Source of the DNA: a virus
Strand: one strand, 5' to 3'
IMG/VR virus record: IMGVR_UViG_3300045988_085724
Location: 33,123 to 97,122 of that record
DNA: 64,000 bases
A program made the position numbers and the translations under genes. Below are positions 24,193 to 35,738 of this stretch, piece after piece. Each line of letters begins with the position of its first letter. Position 1 is the stretch's first letter. Below the pieces are notes generated by a model, which was not told the origin of the DNA, ran no database searches, and saw nothing but the letters and a program-made list of their open reading frames with translations.

Positions 24193-26679
24193 TTAACGCT
24201 CTCCTACCGTTTTATTCCGCAAAGCGGTCTTAGCTTTAAGTTGTTCTCTTTCCATAGCAGCTTTATCTTTTTGCGCTTGAAGTTGCGATTCATGTTTCAT
24301 CTTATCTTTCTCAAGCTGTATTTTAGCATCTTCGATCTCTTTCTTCTGTTTAGATTCGTAGCGCTTAGAGTACGCATCTTCACGTATCTTCATTTGTGCA
24401 GTAGCATCTTTAGCTATTTCCATAGGATCTGGTATACCATTCTGATTAGCATCTTTATCTTCAGTTCCGCGATATGCAGATATCTCAGCTACAGTAATCT
24501 TAGTGGCATTGTCTTGATCTATCTTATATCTATCAAGATCCATTTGAGCTTCTTGAAGCATGAGCTCTTGTTGTTTAGCTTCATTCTGCATCTGTTGAAG
24601 CTGTTGCTGTGCTTGTGCTTCAGCTTGTTGCTGTTGTTGTGCTTGTTCTTCTTGACGTTTTTGCATGGCTGCAAGTTTCTGTTTAATGATATTAAAGTTA
24701 TCATTAGTGAGTATTTCAGCTGCTTCAAGTAGACTAGCACCATTCTGCATAGCAGGTTGTATAAGCTGTTGGAGCTTCTGTATGTTCTCAAGATCTTTAG
24801 AAGTATCGCTTACGAATACATCCATATCTTCATAGTAGAATTTGTCAGCTATATCGAGAAATGCACGTTCGCCATTGTCAAATATGTACGATAATTTCTT
24901 TTTACCAGTCTATTGCCAAGCACCTTTAGCTGTATTCAAAAGCATATTTAATACATGACGTTTACATTGAGCATGCGCCCAGAATAAAGGCTCTGTGATA
25001 TGTGAAGATTGTACAACAGAACGCTCAACATTACCAACAAGTTCTGAAGAACTGATAGCACCTTGTCGTTGTTCTGTAATACCAGATATAGTTCCAGCAA
25101 GTTGTTCAATCTTATCCATCAACTGAATATATTCAGATATAACATTAGACATTGTAAGATCTAATGCTGTAATCTGATTAAATGAAGCAGGCTTTCCGCC
25201 TTCACGTCCAGGAACATTCCAGCCTTCTTCATATGGATTTATGAAGTTAACACCAACACTAGAAAGATAATGCATCCAACGTTCTGGTGTAATGTTCATA
25301 GACTTAGGTATCTGCGTAATATCCATGTTGATAACTTTACCTTTGTCACGAGCGATAGCCAATTCAAGTCTATACCATAATACAATATACATATACTGTA
25401 ATGGTTTAAGAATACTTACAAGTGATCTAGGTTTGCTATTAGTATTACTATATACACAACCACAATATGGCAGCTTTTGACTATTAGGATTATCAATACT
25501 TACATGTTGATACTCAATAGGCTATATTCCAAAATACAAATCATTTCCTGCACGATATCCTTCCCATACTTCTACAATCCAGTCTGGTTCCACAGATAAT
25601 TCGTTGCCTATCTTTTTATACGACTCATCGGCAATTTGTACCTGAGGAGTGCCTGTCTCATCCATGACTGTTACGTAAAATATCTTTTTAAAAGACTTCC
25701 AGCAACAATGCCACACATTTATACAGTATCTACTTTTCTGATCGAATTCTGGATTATCGTATATATGCAATTGTATTCCTCCGCCTGTATCTACAGGATC
25801 GCCTTCTCGCATATCACCCATTGGTTTTCCAGTGAGCATTTCATTGAGTTTATTTAGATCTTTTTCATCTAATTTATTATAATACCTATCATACACTTCT
25901 GCTACGGGCAGTCTCATCTTACGGCAACACCATGAACCATCTTCAATAAATTCTAGATCGGGACTTTTGTCATATGAAAAATATAACGGATTAACACGTT
26001 CCATATATGGCTCATCATTCTAAACACCTATATAGTATATCTCATTACCGGAGATAAGTGCATCTTTCCATCCTTTTATAAATTCATTGTCTAGATTAAG
26101 CTTTTCTCTTAAGTAGACTAGCGTATGATACGCTGTATTTTCAACAACATCTTTATACGTACTATCCATATATTTAGCAATTTGTTCAGGAGGCATTATT
26201 TCGCCATTTTGTAATTGCTGTTGAAATTGCTATTGTTGTTCGGGATCCATTTTGGCCATTATTGCGGACATCATATATTGGATCAGCATATCTTTTTCCT
26301 TATCCATTAAATCAGACGCTGCTTCCTAAGATGTACGCACTACTCTAAAGTTCATGGGTCTCTTTGTTTCCTCACCAATGAGTAGGTCAATCTTAGGGCG
26401 TATGATATTAAAATCCTAAGGTGTTGCTGGGAATCCATCGTCTACTTTAAATGGGTTTGTTATACGTTTAAAATCTTTTTCGTCGAAAATACTATTATAT
26501 AGATTATAATAAGTCTGCAGCTCCCCGAATTGTGTATTCTATCTTCCGCCGGATACAATATTACCTTCTCCGATAATATAATTCACACAACTGTGTTGCC
26601 AATCCTCATTCTTCTTTGATAGAGGTAACTTCTGTTGCGGAAATGTTGCATTGTATAAATTATCTTCTATTCTAACCAT
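24193..26679 (-). CDS. portal protein (828 codons, TAG-recoded)
   Basis: ATG 26679 lies 2 nt after the TerL TAA; the stop is TAA 24193-24195. Track ORFs 25522..26004, 24910..25392 and 24193..24825 share one frame, with at least 7 TAG. It has a Q/E-rich coiled-coil C-terminus. Size and position match a portal. Confidence 0.75.
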
Positions 26680-26681
26680 CG

Positions 26682-28739
26682 TTAAAAACTAAATATCGGT
26701 ATATCATCTTGTACGCTATTGTCCTAGAACCACTGTGTTCCGAACAATGGCAATTCAAAGAGTTCAACCTATTTATTCTATTCTTGTGATTTGCTAACCT
26801 TCACCTAGTACAACTCTTCTCGATATATCATAACCATGCATAATGCTATAACACGGTCTACGTTCTTAACGCCATCATTTTCTATAAGTTCTTCTATTAA
26901 AGGTTCGCTATATACTCTCTCTACGTTAGGATGCCCAGGTTCGTATTCTTCAAGTAACCATTCTAGAATAAGACCTTCTCCATATGCTCTAATCTATTTA
27001 GTCATATGACATCCTTTACGTCTTTGTACCTTACTGTCCTTAAAGACCTCAGAAATAATCTTATCGGGCTAATCTGCGAGTAAGTAATCACAGTGTTTGT
27101 TTGTGAAATAAGGATATATACCCTTACGTTCATTCTCAAATAATAATCTAGCATTATAGAACACTAATAGTTTTCTGACGTTCTCATAATACTCTTCTGC
27201 TGTATCAGGTCTACCTGAATATTCTGCTACTATTACATCATTCCAAGCTTCTCCAGCTTTTACACGTTTGAATATGAATACTGATCCTAATGAATTCGTA
27301 AATGAATCGTCGTGGTCGTAGGGATCACACCCTCCGATATACAATCCGAATGGCGGATCTTTTATAGGATATTCCCATATTACTATAGATCCATGTGGTT
27401 TATCTCCTTTCTTAAGTGGGTATTCAGTAATATCTCCAGACTTCTTTTCTGTAGCTATTATCTAACCGTTACCATCCCAATTGAGATCTACTATATGTTT
27501 CATATTACGTAACTTAGTGTTTGTACGTATACGTGTTAATTGATCCATTAGAAGTTTTCTTGGAAATATATTCTTACCTAATTCAAGTACAGCCTCTCTT
27601 GGCTTAATAGGACGTTCTGATATAAATCTATCTATGGACTATTGTGAAGCTCCTCCATCTTTAATCTTATTACGCTACTCTATTAGATTCTCAATAGCTT
27701 TCTCACGAAGACTATTTCCATCTTTATCCATATAGATATAATTTCCATCTTTGTCAAAAGATTCTAGATTACTCCATGAAGGAACAAAGAATCCACAATT
27801 AGTTTGCTCAGCATTATCATCCCATATGTTAGGGAATGCCAGTACATTATATGCTTCAGGTTTATAGAACAGTTCCTTTAGACCAGTAAATGAAGCGCCC
27901 TCTGTACCACCTGTACCATAAGCTATCATTAATCCAAAAGCTACACCGTCGTCAGTTTCTACAGACGGCTGTTCTATTCGCCACGCATCTAACAAGCCAG
28001 GGAACTTACCTCCCTCCTCCCATAGTACTAATTTACCACGAGTACCACGAATACGTTCTGGGTCGTTCTTAAGTGTTATTCCACTAATAGATGACATATA
28101 ACCTTGTTCAGTCTATTTACCGAATTCATCAGTTACCTTATAACCAGCTACGCGTTCCATACGAGTAGATACAAGTCTTTGTTTAGCCCATGCTGTATTC
28201 TTGTCTATAAAATCCATGATTTGCCAAGCTTTTGTTAGTAAACCGTCTCCTATTAAGAACTTTTGTTCTGATGCTACAGCAAAGTTTTTAGATCCAGGTA
28301 TCAATTCATAATTACGTACTAGCATTGATGCTCCTTTAAAGGAATACCCACGCTATCTGCTCTTAATCACCGACATGTGTTTACCTTGATCTTCCGCTTC
28401 TTCTATAGCGTTGTAGTAATAGTAATCATAGTCCCAAAATCTAGGAAAGTCTAATATACGTTCACGTCTTGTACGTACATTTCCATTTCTATCAGTATAC
28501 TTAACTTCTTCTAGTTTCATAATAGGACTATAGTTTAGATAGAAATAATGATATCCAGTAATATAATCACCATCTGGCGCTATATAACCATTTAAACATC
28601 TATCTGTTTCTTGCTCCCAATATGTATTATAATCAGTAGTCCCTCTGGGAGCTAAAGTATAGCATTTATGCTTCTTAAAAAACTCAGCAGCAGGACTGAA
28701 TTTTATAGAATTATAAATGCGTTTATTGAAATCTACCAT
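26682..28739 (-). CDS. terL: terminase large subunit (685 codons, TAG-recoded)
   Basis: Runs from ATG 28739 to TAA 26682-26684. Four track pieces share one frame. TAGs are at 28353, 28113, 27675, 27639, 27462, 27069 and 26724. I checked 27345-27675 and 26682-26760 codon by codon. ..RGTRGKLVLWEEGG.. (ATPase) and ..GGCDPYDHDDS.. (nuclease) are TerL-like. Confidence 0.8.
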
Positions 28740-28741
28740 GT

Positions 28742-29035
28742 TTAATTTTTATCTTCGTAAGTATTGAATAATTCTGAATCTCCAGTCTACGTATTTACGC
28801 CAATAGATGCTTTTAACGGATGAACATGTGTTACACTATCAGGAATCCCTGCAAATATATGCACCATTATGTTGTCGTCATTTTTAATACCGCCAGTACA
28901 CCACGTGTGTTCTTTAAGAAATTCATCAATATTACCATTATACTAGTCGTTGATGAAATCTGTCATCATCTATTTTTTTGAGTAATCGCTACTCGTGAGC
29001 TTCTCAAAAGCAATTTTTGTAAAATTCATCATCAT
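28742..29035 (-). CDS. small late protein (97 codons)
   Basis: Runs from ATGATGATG at 29035 to TAA 28742-28744 with 2 in-frame TAG. It is not in the ORF track. Confidence 0.5.
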
Positions 29036-29038
29036 TCG

Positions 29039-29557
29039 TTATCTAGGATTTTCGTAAAGACCTATTACACCTCCACCTTTAACTCTACCGGTTTCAGCCT
29101 GTTCAGCCTTTGCTTGTTTCATCGCCATATCAAGCGATTTAATTATTCCACTTATATCCTTGAGAAGCTTAGACACTTTAGTAGCACTATCTATATCTAA
29201 ATCTGTCTCAGAATAACTATTCATTACACTCATAATCGCCTCTGCTGCATGTTTCGACGAAGTAAGCAAACGAGTCATCGGAGTTTCTTGAAACTCGTTA
29301 AACCGTTTTGCCAACTCCATCATCTATGCATCAGGTTTAAAATTCTCATCCTTAAAGACATCCTTAGCTACTCTCCACGTACGCTCCTTTTCTGGATATG
29401 CCTCATATGGAGTATTCCATTTATATCGCCATACTATAAATTCGATTTTCTTCAACGCTTCTTGTTTATCTTTAGCGTTATTATAGTAATCTTTAAATGG
29501 AGGTATAGCTAATTCATCAGTCTTTAGTATTATCTTATTTCCCTATATATCAAACAT
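29039..29557 (-). CDS. small late protein (172 codons), possible small-terminase position
   Basis: Runs from ATG 29557 to TAA 29039-29041, with TAG at 29543 and 29324. Translated codon by codon. Track ORF 29039..29323 is its C-terminal half. Confidence 0.6.
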
Positions 29558-29985
29558 TATGTTAGTTTAGTTAATGCGCCATGCATAATAAATGTAACTT
29601 GGCTATTATTTGCAGATAACTTACGCACAATCGCTGTAATAATGTACATGTTATTATTTGCAGTATTATAATAATTAGTAGTATAATATAACGTCATACT
29701 GTTGTCTGCACTCGTCTCACGCTATAAATTAAATATAAGCGTTGGGAAATCATTTACTCCGACTGGTCCAAATGCATCTTGTACACCATTCCAAATAATA
29801 TATTGAGGTGGGTATCCATTTCCAAGAGCATCTCCTCTCTATGTAAATATTAGTTTTTGCTAGTCTTCTGGTATACTGTACGAGTACGTATCCGTTGTTT
29901 TACTACCTAAAGTAATCGATATAGGATGAGCAAATTTTGTCCAGTCTTTTAGGCGAACAAGTCCAGATCTGTCTAATGTTTCCAT
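29557..29985 (-). CDS. small late protein (142 codons)
   Basis: Runs from ATG 29985 to TAA 29557-29559 (TAATG overlap with the next gene), with 3 in-frame TAG. Confidence 0.55.
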
Positions 29986-29991
29986 AGGTTA

Positions 29992-31284
29992 TTATATTAA
30001 TATTTTAGTTAATTCGTCATTAGAAATAGCTCTAAGCGTAGATTCATCCCAAACAGCTGCACCATCTATTGATAATGTACTATGATCTGCACTATATTGG
30101 TACGTTAGAGAATCAACAAGTGTACCAACCTCATTAGTTTCAGAATCACATTCTCCAAGGATGCTGTATGTATTTCCTATAGCAGTTGATGATAAATTGC
30201 TATTAGTCAGCTTGTGCGTATTAATAGCGTCATAGACAGCTTTGCCACTTACTGCATCAGTACCAGTACTTTCTACTTTATTCACGACTGTATTCCTAGT
30301 GGCACCATCTGCTATTCCATTCAACTTAGTCAACAGCGTAGGTGACATCAAACCGTTCGTATTAGTCGTTACAGTAGGTATTGTAGTAGGACCTACATTT
30401 GCGCCCTGATACTCAGTTAATTTCAATTGGAGATCACTAGAGCCATCTGTAGCTGGAACAAATCCTATAGTCTCAATGCGATGCTTGTTAATCTCACTAG
30501 CGATTTTCTTGTCTGCGTCAGTCTTAGTATAATAACCACTTAGATCAAATGAAGCAGTAACCTCGCCAAGTTTCTCCCATTTAGTAGCATCATATGTAGC
30601 AGTAAGATCACCAGTGTAAATATATTCGGCATAATTATTCTTGTCTCCAGTAGTTCCTACAGCCTTCAAATAAATATGCTTCTTAATAGTAGCAATAGTA
30701 CTGGGTAATTCAGTCACAACTTCAAACAATGTAGTATCGAGATTACCAAGTTGACTCAATGGTATAAATCCTTTAGTATCAAGTGTAGCAAATCCATTTG
30801 GTAAACCAAATGTATTTAATTTGTCAGCAACTGCTCCACTCCAAAGGTTAAGACTCTCAAATTTAGCATCAGAATCAGTTTTAAAAGAATTTAAATCAGA
30901 CGTAACGGAATTTAAATTATTTTCAAATGTTTCGTCTTTTTCTTTTAATTCCTCGAGAATTGGAGTAATCTCGTCACTAACCACGGTAATGATTTCATCA
31001 GCAGTAGGAACCTTTTCCCAACCTGCAGCTTTACCACGGCTGGCCCAATTGATTAATCTGTAATCCTCATTACTTTCTTGTACGTGCCAAATCTGACCTA
31101 CAGCATCAGCGCCAGTAGTTGTACCATCACCATATGAAGATGACAGGACACAAGCTGCGATCGAATAAAGGTCTGCCTGTGTAGCAACTGTTCTAAAACC
31201 AGATATCTGGTTGGCGTCAACAATTCCCCAAGATGCTGGGTTAGCAGACACCACTTTCGCCATTCTATATAATCTTCCTGCCAT
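29992..31284 (-). CDS. tail fibre protein (430 aa, TAG-free)
   Basis: Uninterrupted ORF. It shares the ..LPxT...IYL...EYIY....DLSxYYTK.. module with the 32572-34479 fibre gene and has a T/S/G-rich beta-like sequence. Confidence 0.65.
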   Translation of the reverse strand: MAGRLYRMAKVVSANPASWGIVDANQISGFRTVATQADLYSIAACVLSSSYGDGTTTGADAVGQIWHVQESNEDYRLINWASRGKAAGWEKVPTADEIITVVSDEITPILEELKEKDETFENNLNSVTSDLNSFKTDSDAKFESLNLWSGAVADKLNTFGLPNGFATLDTKGFIPLSQLGNLDTTLFEVVTELPSTIATIKKHIYLKAVGTTGDKNNYAEYIYTGDLTATYDATKWEKLGEVTASFDLSGYYTKTDADKKIASEINKHRIETIGFVPATDGSSDLQLKLTEYQGANVGPTTIPTVTTNTNGLMSPTLLTKLNGIADGATRNTVVNKVESTGTDAVSGKAVYDAINTHKLTNSNLSSTAIGNTYSILGECDSETNEVGTLVDSLTYQYSADHSTLSIDGAAVWDESTLRAISNDELTKILI

Positions 31285-31286
31285 AA

Positions 31287-32078
31287 TTATTCAAATTTAA
31301 GAGTACAACTAGAATTCAGTGCACCATTGCCAGTATAATATACATTATACGAAATTGCAGCAGCACCTGAACCATTATCATGATTAACAGTCGTTTTAGT
31401 AAATGCAGTAAGCACAGCATCTACACCATCCTTAGAGATGGCTTTAAGATCTCCCCAAGCAGTAGGATAAGCATATACATACATCTGTGATACAGATGTA
31501 GCGCTAGCATTAACCTGCTTAGTCTTTGATGTAGTTATCTCACTTGTGAGACCGCTGATTAATGCATCTGTAATAGTACCTGCAGTAGCTACACCATAGA
31601 ATATCTTGTTACCAAAAGAAGCACGAGCTGTACATGAAGTAGTATCCACAGCAGTAGCACTAGCCTGATGAATCTTTCCATTCTCATATACAAGGCCTGC
31701 CTGAGGAGCTGTAATGCTCTGTGTAATATTGGTAGTAGTTGAAATCAAATCTGATGTATATGAAGCACTGGCCGATGACGGATCTGGTAGTGTTGTGCCC
31801 CATGAACCGCTTGTTTTTGTAGGAAGTTTCTTAGCACTGTCTGCAGTATACATCCACCTACCTGTGAATTTTACTTTGTAACCATTTTCTACAGAAACGT
31901 TGGTAGTTGTAATCGGAGAGCCAACAGCAGTTGTTCCATCATTCTTATATATCTGCCAACTTGGAGAAACAATTACAGGGGTTACAAGAGGTTTATCGCC
32001 TGTAAGAATACCGTCATATCTACCTTTGATTTTGTTCCAAAAAGCAGTAACGCCGGCCTTATCTAAAAATTCTGCCAT
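31287..32078 (-). CDS. tail fibre/receptor-binding-associated protein (263 aa, TAG-free)
   Basis: Uninterrupted ORF with S/T/A-rich composition, lying between the fibre genes. Confidence 0.6.
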   Translation of the reverse strand: MAEFLDKAGVTAFWNKIKGRYDGILTGDKPLVTPVIVSPSWQIYKNDGTTAVGSPITTTNVSVENGYKVKFTGRWMYTADSAKKLPTKTSGSWGTTLPDPSSASASYTSDLISTTTNITQSITAPQAGLVYENGKIHQASATAVDTTSCTARASFGNKIFYGVATAGTITDALISGLTSEITTSKTKQVNASATSVSQMYVYAYPTAWGDLKAISKDGVDAVLTAFTKTTVNHDNGSGAAAISYNVYYTGNGALNSSCTLKFE

Positions 32079-32079
32079 A

Positions 32080-32388
32080 TTATAAATCTTCTATAAATTG
32101 TTTAGATATACTTTCGACATTTATAATTCCGTTATGTATATTAAGATTGTCTCCGCACTGTACTATGCCAGGTCTCTATTTAGATGCTATATTGTTAAAT
32201 GTAACAACATTGTCAAGTCCAGACAGATATTTTATATACATTTTTATACTATTCGCATCTAATAAATCACCTTCCTCAAAATTGATATTAGACAGGCCTT
32301 CATACTTATTTAGAATGATAACCGACGGTATTTTAGGTATCTTTACATTTTCAATTAGTTTAGTACCAAATAGTTTTGATTTATTCAT
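32080..32388 (-). CDS. small protein (102 codons)
   Basis: Runs from ATG 32388 to TAA 32080-32082, with one TAG at 32176. This extends track ORF 32176..32388. Confidence 0.55.
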
Positions 32389-32431
32389 GCTATATTTATG
32401 TATATCTGTAATTTTATAAGTAATACAATAT

Positions 32432-32542
32432 GGACTAGGACTAGATACATCCTAGTCCACGATAATTAAAATATAAGACCTACCTTTTTCATATTTAAAT
32501 ATGCGGTAGATTCTGTTGCACTAGGCGGGGTAGCGAACCCCG
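32432..32542 (-). promoter_or_regulatory. two intergenic GC hairpins after the fibre gene
   Basis: The hairpins are GGACTAGGA-N9-TCCTAGTCC (32432-32458) and CGGGGT-AGCGA-ACCCCG (32526-32542). No clear U-tracts follow. Confidence 0.35.
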
Positions 32543-32571
32543 TAATGCTTACATTAAGACCTAGTTAAGTT

Positions 32572-34479
32572 TTATGCAGGAGTATTAGCAGCTTCAAGAG
32601 CTCTTACCTTAGTTTCTAATTGTTCAATACGTGATGTTAAATCTGCTATTACTTCTTGAACTGATTTATAAGTAGTATTGTCTGTGCTAATACCGTCATA
32701 TCCACCTACGCCTATAAGGTATTTGTATCCGTTTTTAGGATCGTCAGTTAAACCAGTACCATTTTCGTTATTTTTAGCATAGATATATTCAGCATTTTTT
32801 CTAGTTGTATCATTACCTATACCGACTGAATGAATAGCATTTTTGTTATCAACGTTATAAATACCCTAAGCGTGAGAACAATACCCACTAGCTTTTGTAT
32901 TATTTCCTTCTGAATGAGATGAGTATCCATTGCTATACGTATTGCTTCCTTCAGCATGTGAAAAATCATCGCTTGCAATTGTATTTAGTCCTTCGGCATG
33001 AGAAGAGTTACCAAGAGCTTTCGTGGTTTGTCCTTCTGCATGTGAATAAGGTCCACTAGCTTTTGTACTATTACCTTCAGCGTGAGAACCAGTGCCGGCA
33101 GCTTCTGTAGAATATCCTTCAACGAATGAATAATATCCACTAGCAGCACATGAACCATTAGCAGTAAAAGCTTTCAATCCTAACGCTTTACGACTCTCTT
33201 CAATATAATAACCACCACTAGCACTCTTCTTTAACAATACATCAGAAGCATTAGCTTTAGTAGCTAAATCAGCAACATTAGCCTTAGTAGATAAATCTAC
33301 AGTAGAGCCATCAGTAGCCCATGCTTTAGTAGCAGAGGGATTAGCGAAAGCTGCTATACTTTTTACACCTGTTATAGTAGCTCCTTCGGTACCATTTATA
33401 GGACGAGATATTTTAAATTTAGGGTTATTATATTGTCCAAAAATTATTGAACATTCATCATTAAAGGTTGTTAAGTTAATAGCTGTATCGTCATCTACAT
33501 CCAGCTATATAGAATTGTTAATAACATGTGAGGAATAATTTGCACCATATATACGTAATCCATATTTATCAAGTCTACCACTATAGTTTCCATTGTCTTT
33601 TAAAAAAAGACCATAGATAGCATTAATCCTTACATTATTGGCGCCGTCATCTAAAGACAGCTCTACTGGAGAATACCCATACTCTTGTTCTTCCTCTGTA
33701 AGGTCTTTATTGGTATTTATTTCAATACTACCGTTAATATTATAGTTATACATATACATATAACCGTCATATACATGAGCACTCTGGCCTCTACTTTCAA
33801 TATCCAGACCACCACTGTAAAGATTACCATAACATCCGTTGTCATCACTATGTCTAAAACCATCGGAAGCATTAATATCAATAGTACTGCCATCATTGTG
33901 GTCAGTTAAAGATACATTTACCGGACTACCGTAATCTTCACCAGCCGCAGTATCATTGATGTCTAGTTTTATAGATTTGGTATCGTCTTCATTATGTATA
34001 TTAATAGCACTATTCTTTGCTATCTATATCTAATTATCAGTTTCTTCTTTAGTATAGTAGTCTGACAAATCTACTTTGGCCTGTATTCTACCTACTTCCT
34101 CAAATGTATTCTTTGACTCTACATAGATATACTCAATGAATACATTATTGCCTTCACCATCCTTATTTGGTACAAGATATATACAATTCTTATCTATATC
34201 TGTAGTAGGAAGCTCTGTAACTATCTTAATCAAGTTATGATCTATAAGCTGTTTAATAGACTCATTAATCTTATTAATCTTATCAGTTTGAGCATCAAGC
34301 TCATTAGATATATCCGAATCCAGTGCATTCAGATATGCCACAATGTCTTTAGCAAGCAATATATCAGATGTACCAAACTCAGTATCTTTACTGTCGGCCG
34401 GAACAGCAATATTAAGATTAGTCATCTGGTTAGTTTGTGGGGATAAGTACTTAGCCCCAGTTATTTGTGTTTTTAACAT
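32572..34479 (-). CDS. tail fibre with Hep_Hag-like repeats (635 codons, TAG-recoded)
   Basis: Runs from ATG 34479 to TAA 32572-32574. It joins track ORFs 34030..34479, 33505..33759 and 32866..33237 (same frame) through TAG. It ends in a C-terminal coiled coil. Confidence 0.7.
32869..33138 (-). repeat. about 14-residue protein repeats (xSHAEGxxTxAxGx)
   Basis: Reads GYYSFVEGYSTEAAGTGSHAEGNSTKASGPYSHAEGQTTKALGNSSHAEGLNTIASDDFSHAEGSNTYSNGYSSHSEGNNTKASGYCSHA. Confidence 0.8.
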
Positions 34480-34508
34480 GTTAATTTAATTTTTAGTTAG
34501 TATATATA

Positions 34509-34544
34509 CAAATAAAGGGGTAGCCCTATGTAGGACACCCCCTT
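34509..34544 (-). terminator. terminator after dUTPase
   Basis: The minus strand has AAGGGG..CCCCTT stem arms followed by TATTTG. Confidence 0.45.
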
Positions 34545-34564
34545 CCTCGGATTTTATACCGGTA

Positions 34565-35095
34565 TTATTTATCCGACTCAGAACCGTTTGTTGGTTCAGC
34601 CGCTTGATCTGGTGCAGTCTCAGTATTCTGAGATCCTGTATCCGCGCTAATATCTTTCTTATCTGAAGAACCATAGCCATCTTCTCCACGCTCAGACTCT
34701 GAAAGATTATCTGCAAAAACAGGTTCAATTTCAGGATAAGGCATGATGACCAACTGCGCAATCCTATCACCAATACTATATACAGCAGGAATAGAATCAC
34801 CACTAGTGTTCTTAAACTTTAGAAGGATTTCTCCACGATAGCCTGAATCTATTACACCCACAGCGTTAGTAAGAGTAAGAGATTTCTTATATACGCTAGA
34901 TCGTTGGAACAAAAGACCAACATGACCAACGGGAATTTCGGCAGCAATACCTGTATGATATACTAAAACAAACTGACCACACTCGTTAACCTCACTTGTA
35001 ATATTTACACACGTAAGATCCAAACCTGCATCTGTAGAATGTGCTTTACTAGGCAATACTGCTTTATCTGATAATTTCTTAAATTTAACTTCCAT
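34565..35095 (-). CDS. dut: dUTP diphosphatase
   Basis: Carries dUTPase motifs AGLDL, GVIDSGYRGEI, RIAQLVI and a C-terminal ERGEDGYGSS. It is TAG-free and ends in TAA. Confidence 0.85.
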   Translation of the reverse strand: MEVKFKKLSDKAVLPSKAHSTDAGLDLTCVNITSEVNECGQFVLVYHTGIAAEIPVGHVGLLFQRSSVYKKSLTLTNAVGVIDSGYRGEILLKFKNTSGDSIPAVYSIGDRIAQLVIMPYPEIEPVFADNLSESERGEDGYGSSDKKDISADTGSQNTETAPDQAAEPTNGSESDK

Positions 35096-35096
35096 A

Positions 35097-35720
35097 TTAT
35101 TGTATGTTTATAAAATCTATAAATAAATAATCTTTAGAACCCGATTGTTTATGTTCTTCTATGTTCTGATGGTTCTTCAATTTAGCATATAATATAGGAC
35201 ATAGGTCGTCAATTATACGTAAGAACTTATTATCATTCTTAAATAAAGATGTAGTACTAGAGTACTTATCAACCAGTGTAGGTATGTCTTTATTCTTAAA
35301 CTCGTACAATACTTTCCAATCGTACTTTCTATTGCCTCCGAAAAACTTTATGTTCTTATATTGCGTCTCGTAAGTTTCACAGTCGTAAATAAATTCGTGC
35401 TCCTTATTTACAGCTAAAGGATCATGTTTGGCAAAAGAATCTTCTTCGCATAATACTCGTACATAGCAATCTCCTTTCTTGTCGAGGAATTTAAGCATTT
35501 CCCGTAATACCCTCCATGAATTATCGTATGCTATTCTACCATGACGAATTTCTTCACACATCATATCGTTATACCACAATCGTATATCAAATACTCTTGC
35601 TCCAAGTTCATATTGTTTTTCGTAATCTATTGATTGACATCTAGCGGTAAATTTAAGTAACTTACCCCACCATGTTTTAGGTGTAAGATATGTCAATGAG
35701 TTATGTGTTCCTATATTCAT
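35097..35720 (-). CDS. PI-PLC X-domain-like phosphodiesterase
   Basis: N-terminal IGTHNS, then ARVFDIRLWY..IRHG. This is the same order as the GTHDS / FDIR / HHG catalytic motifs of bacterial PI-PLC. Confidence 0.5.
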   Translation of the reverse strand: MNIGTHNSLTYLTPKTWWGKLLKFTARCQSIDYEKQYELGARVFDIRLWYNDMMCEEIRHGRIAYDNSWRVLREMLKFLDKKGDCYVRVLCEEDSFAKHDPLAVNKEHEFIYDCETYETQYKNIKFFGGNRKYDWKVLYEFKNKDIPTLVDKYSSTTSLFKNDNKFLRIIDDLCPILYAKLKNHQNIEEHKQSGSKDYLFIDFINIQ

Positions 35721-35738
35721 ATGTCTATATTTAATTAG

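Noticed and set aside
24241-24791. ORFs 24241..24732 (+) and 24519..24791 (-) overlapping the portal C-terminus
   Set aside because: They are alternative-frame or antisense readings of the Q/E-rich coiled-coil repeat of the portal gene. Their low-complexity L/F/K-rich products show no independent support.
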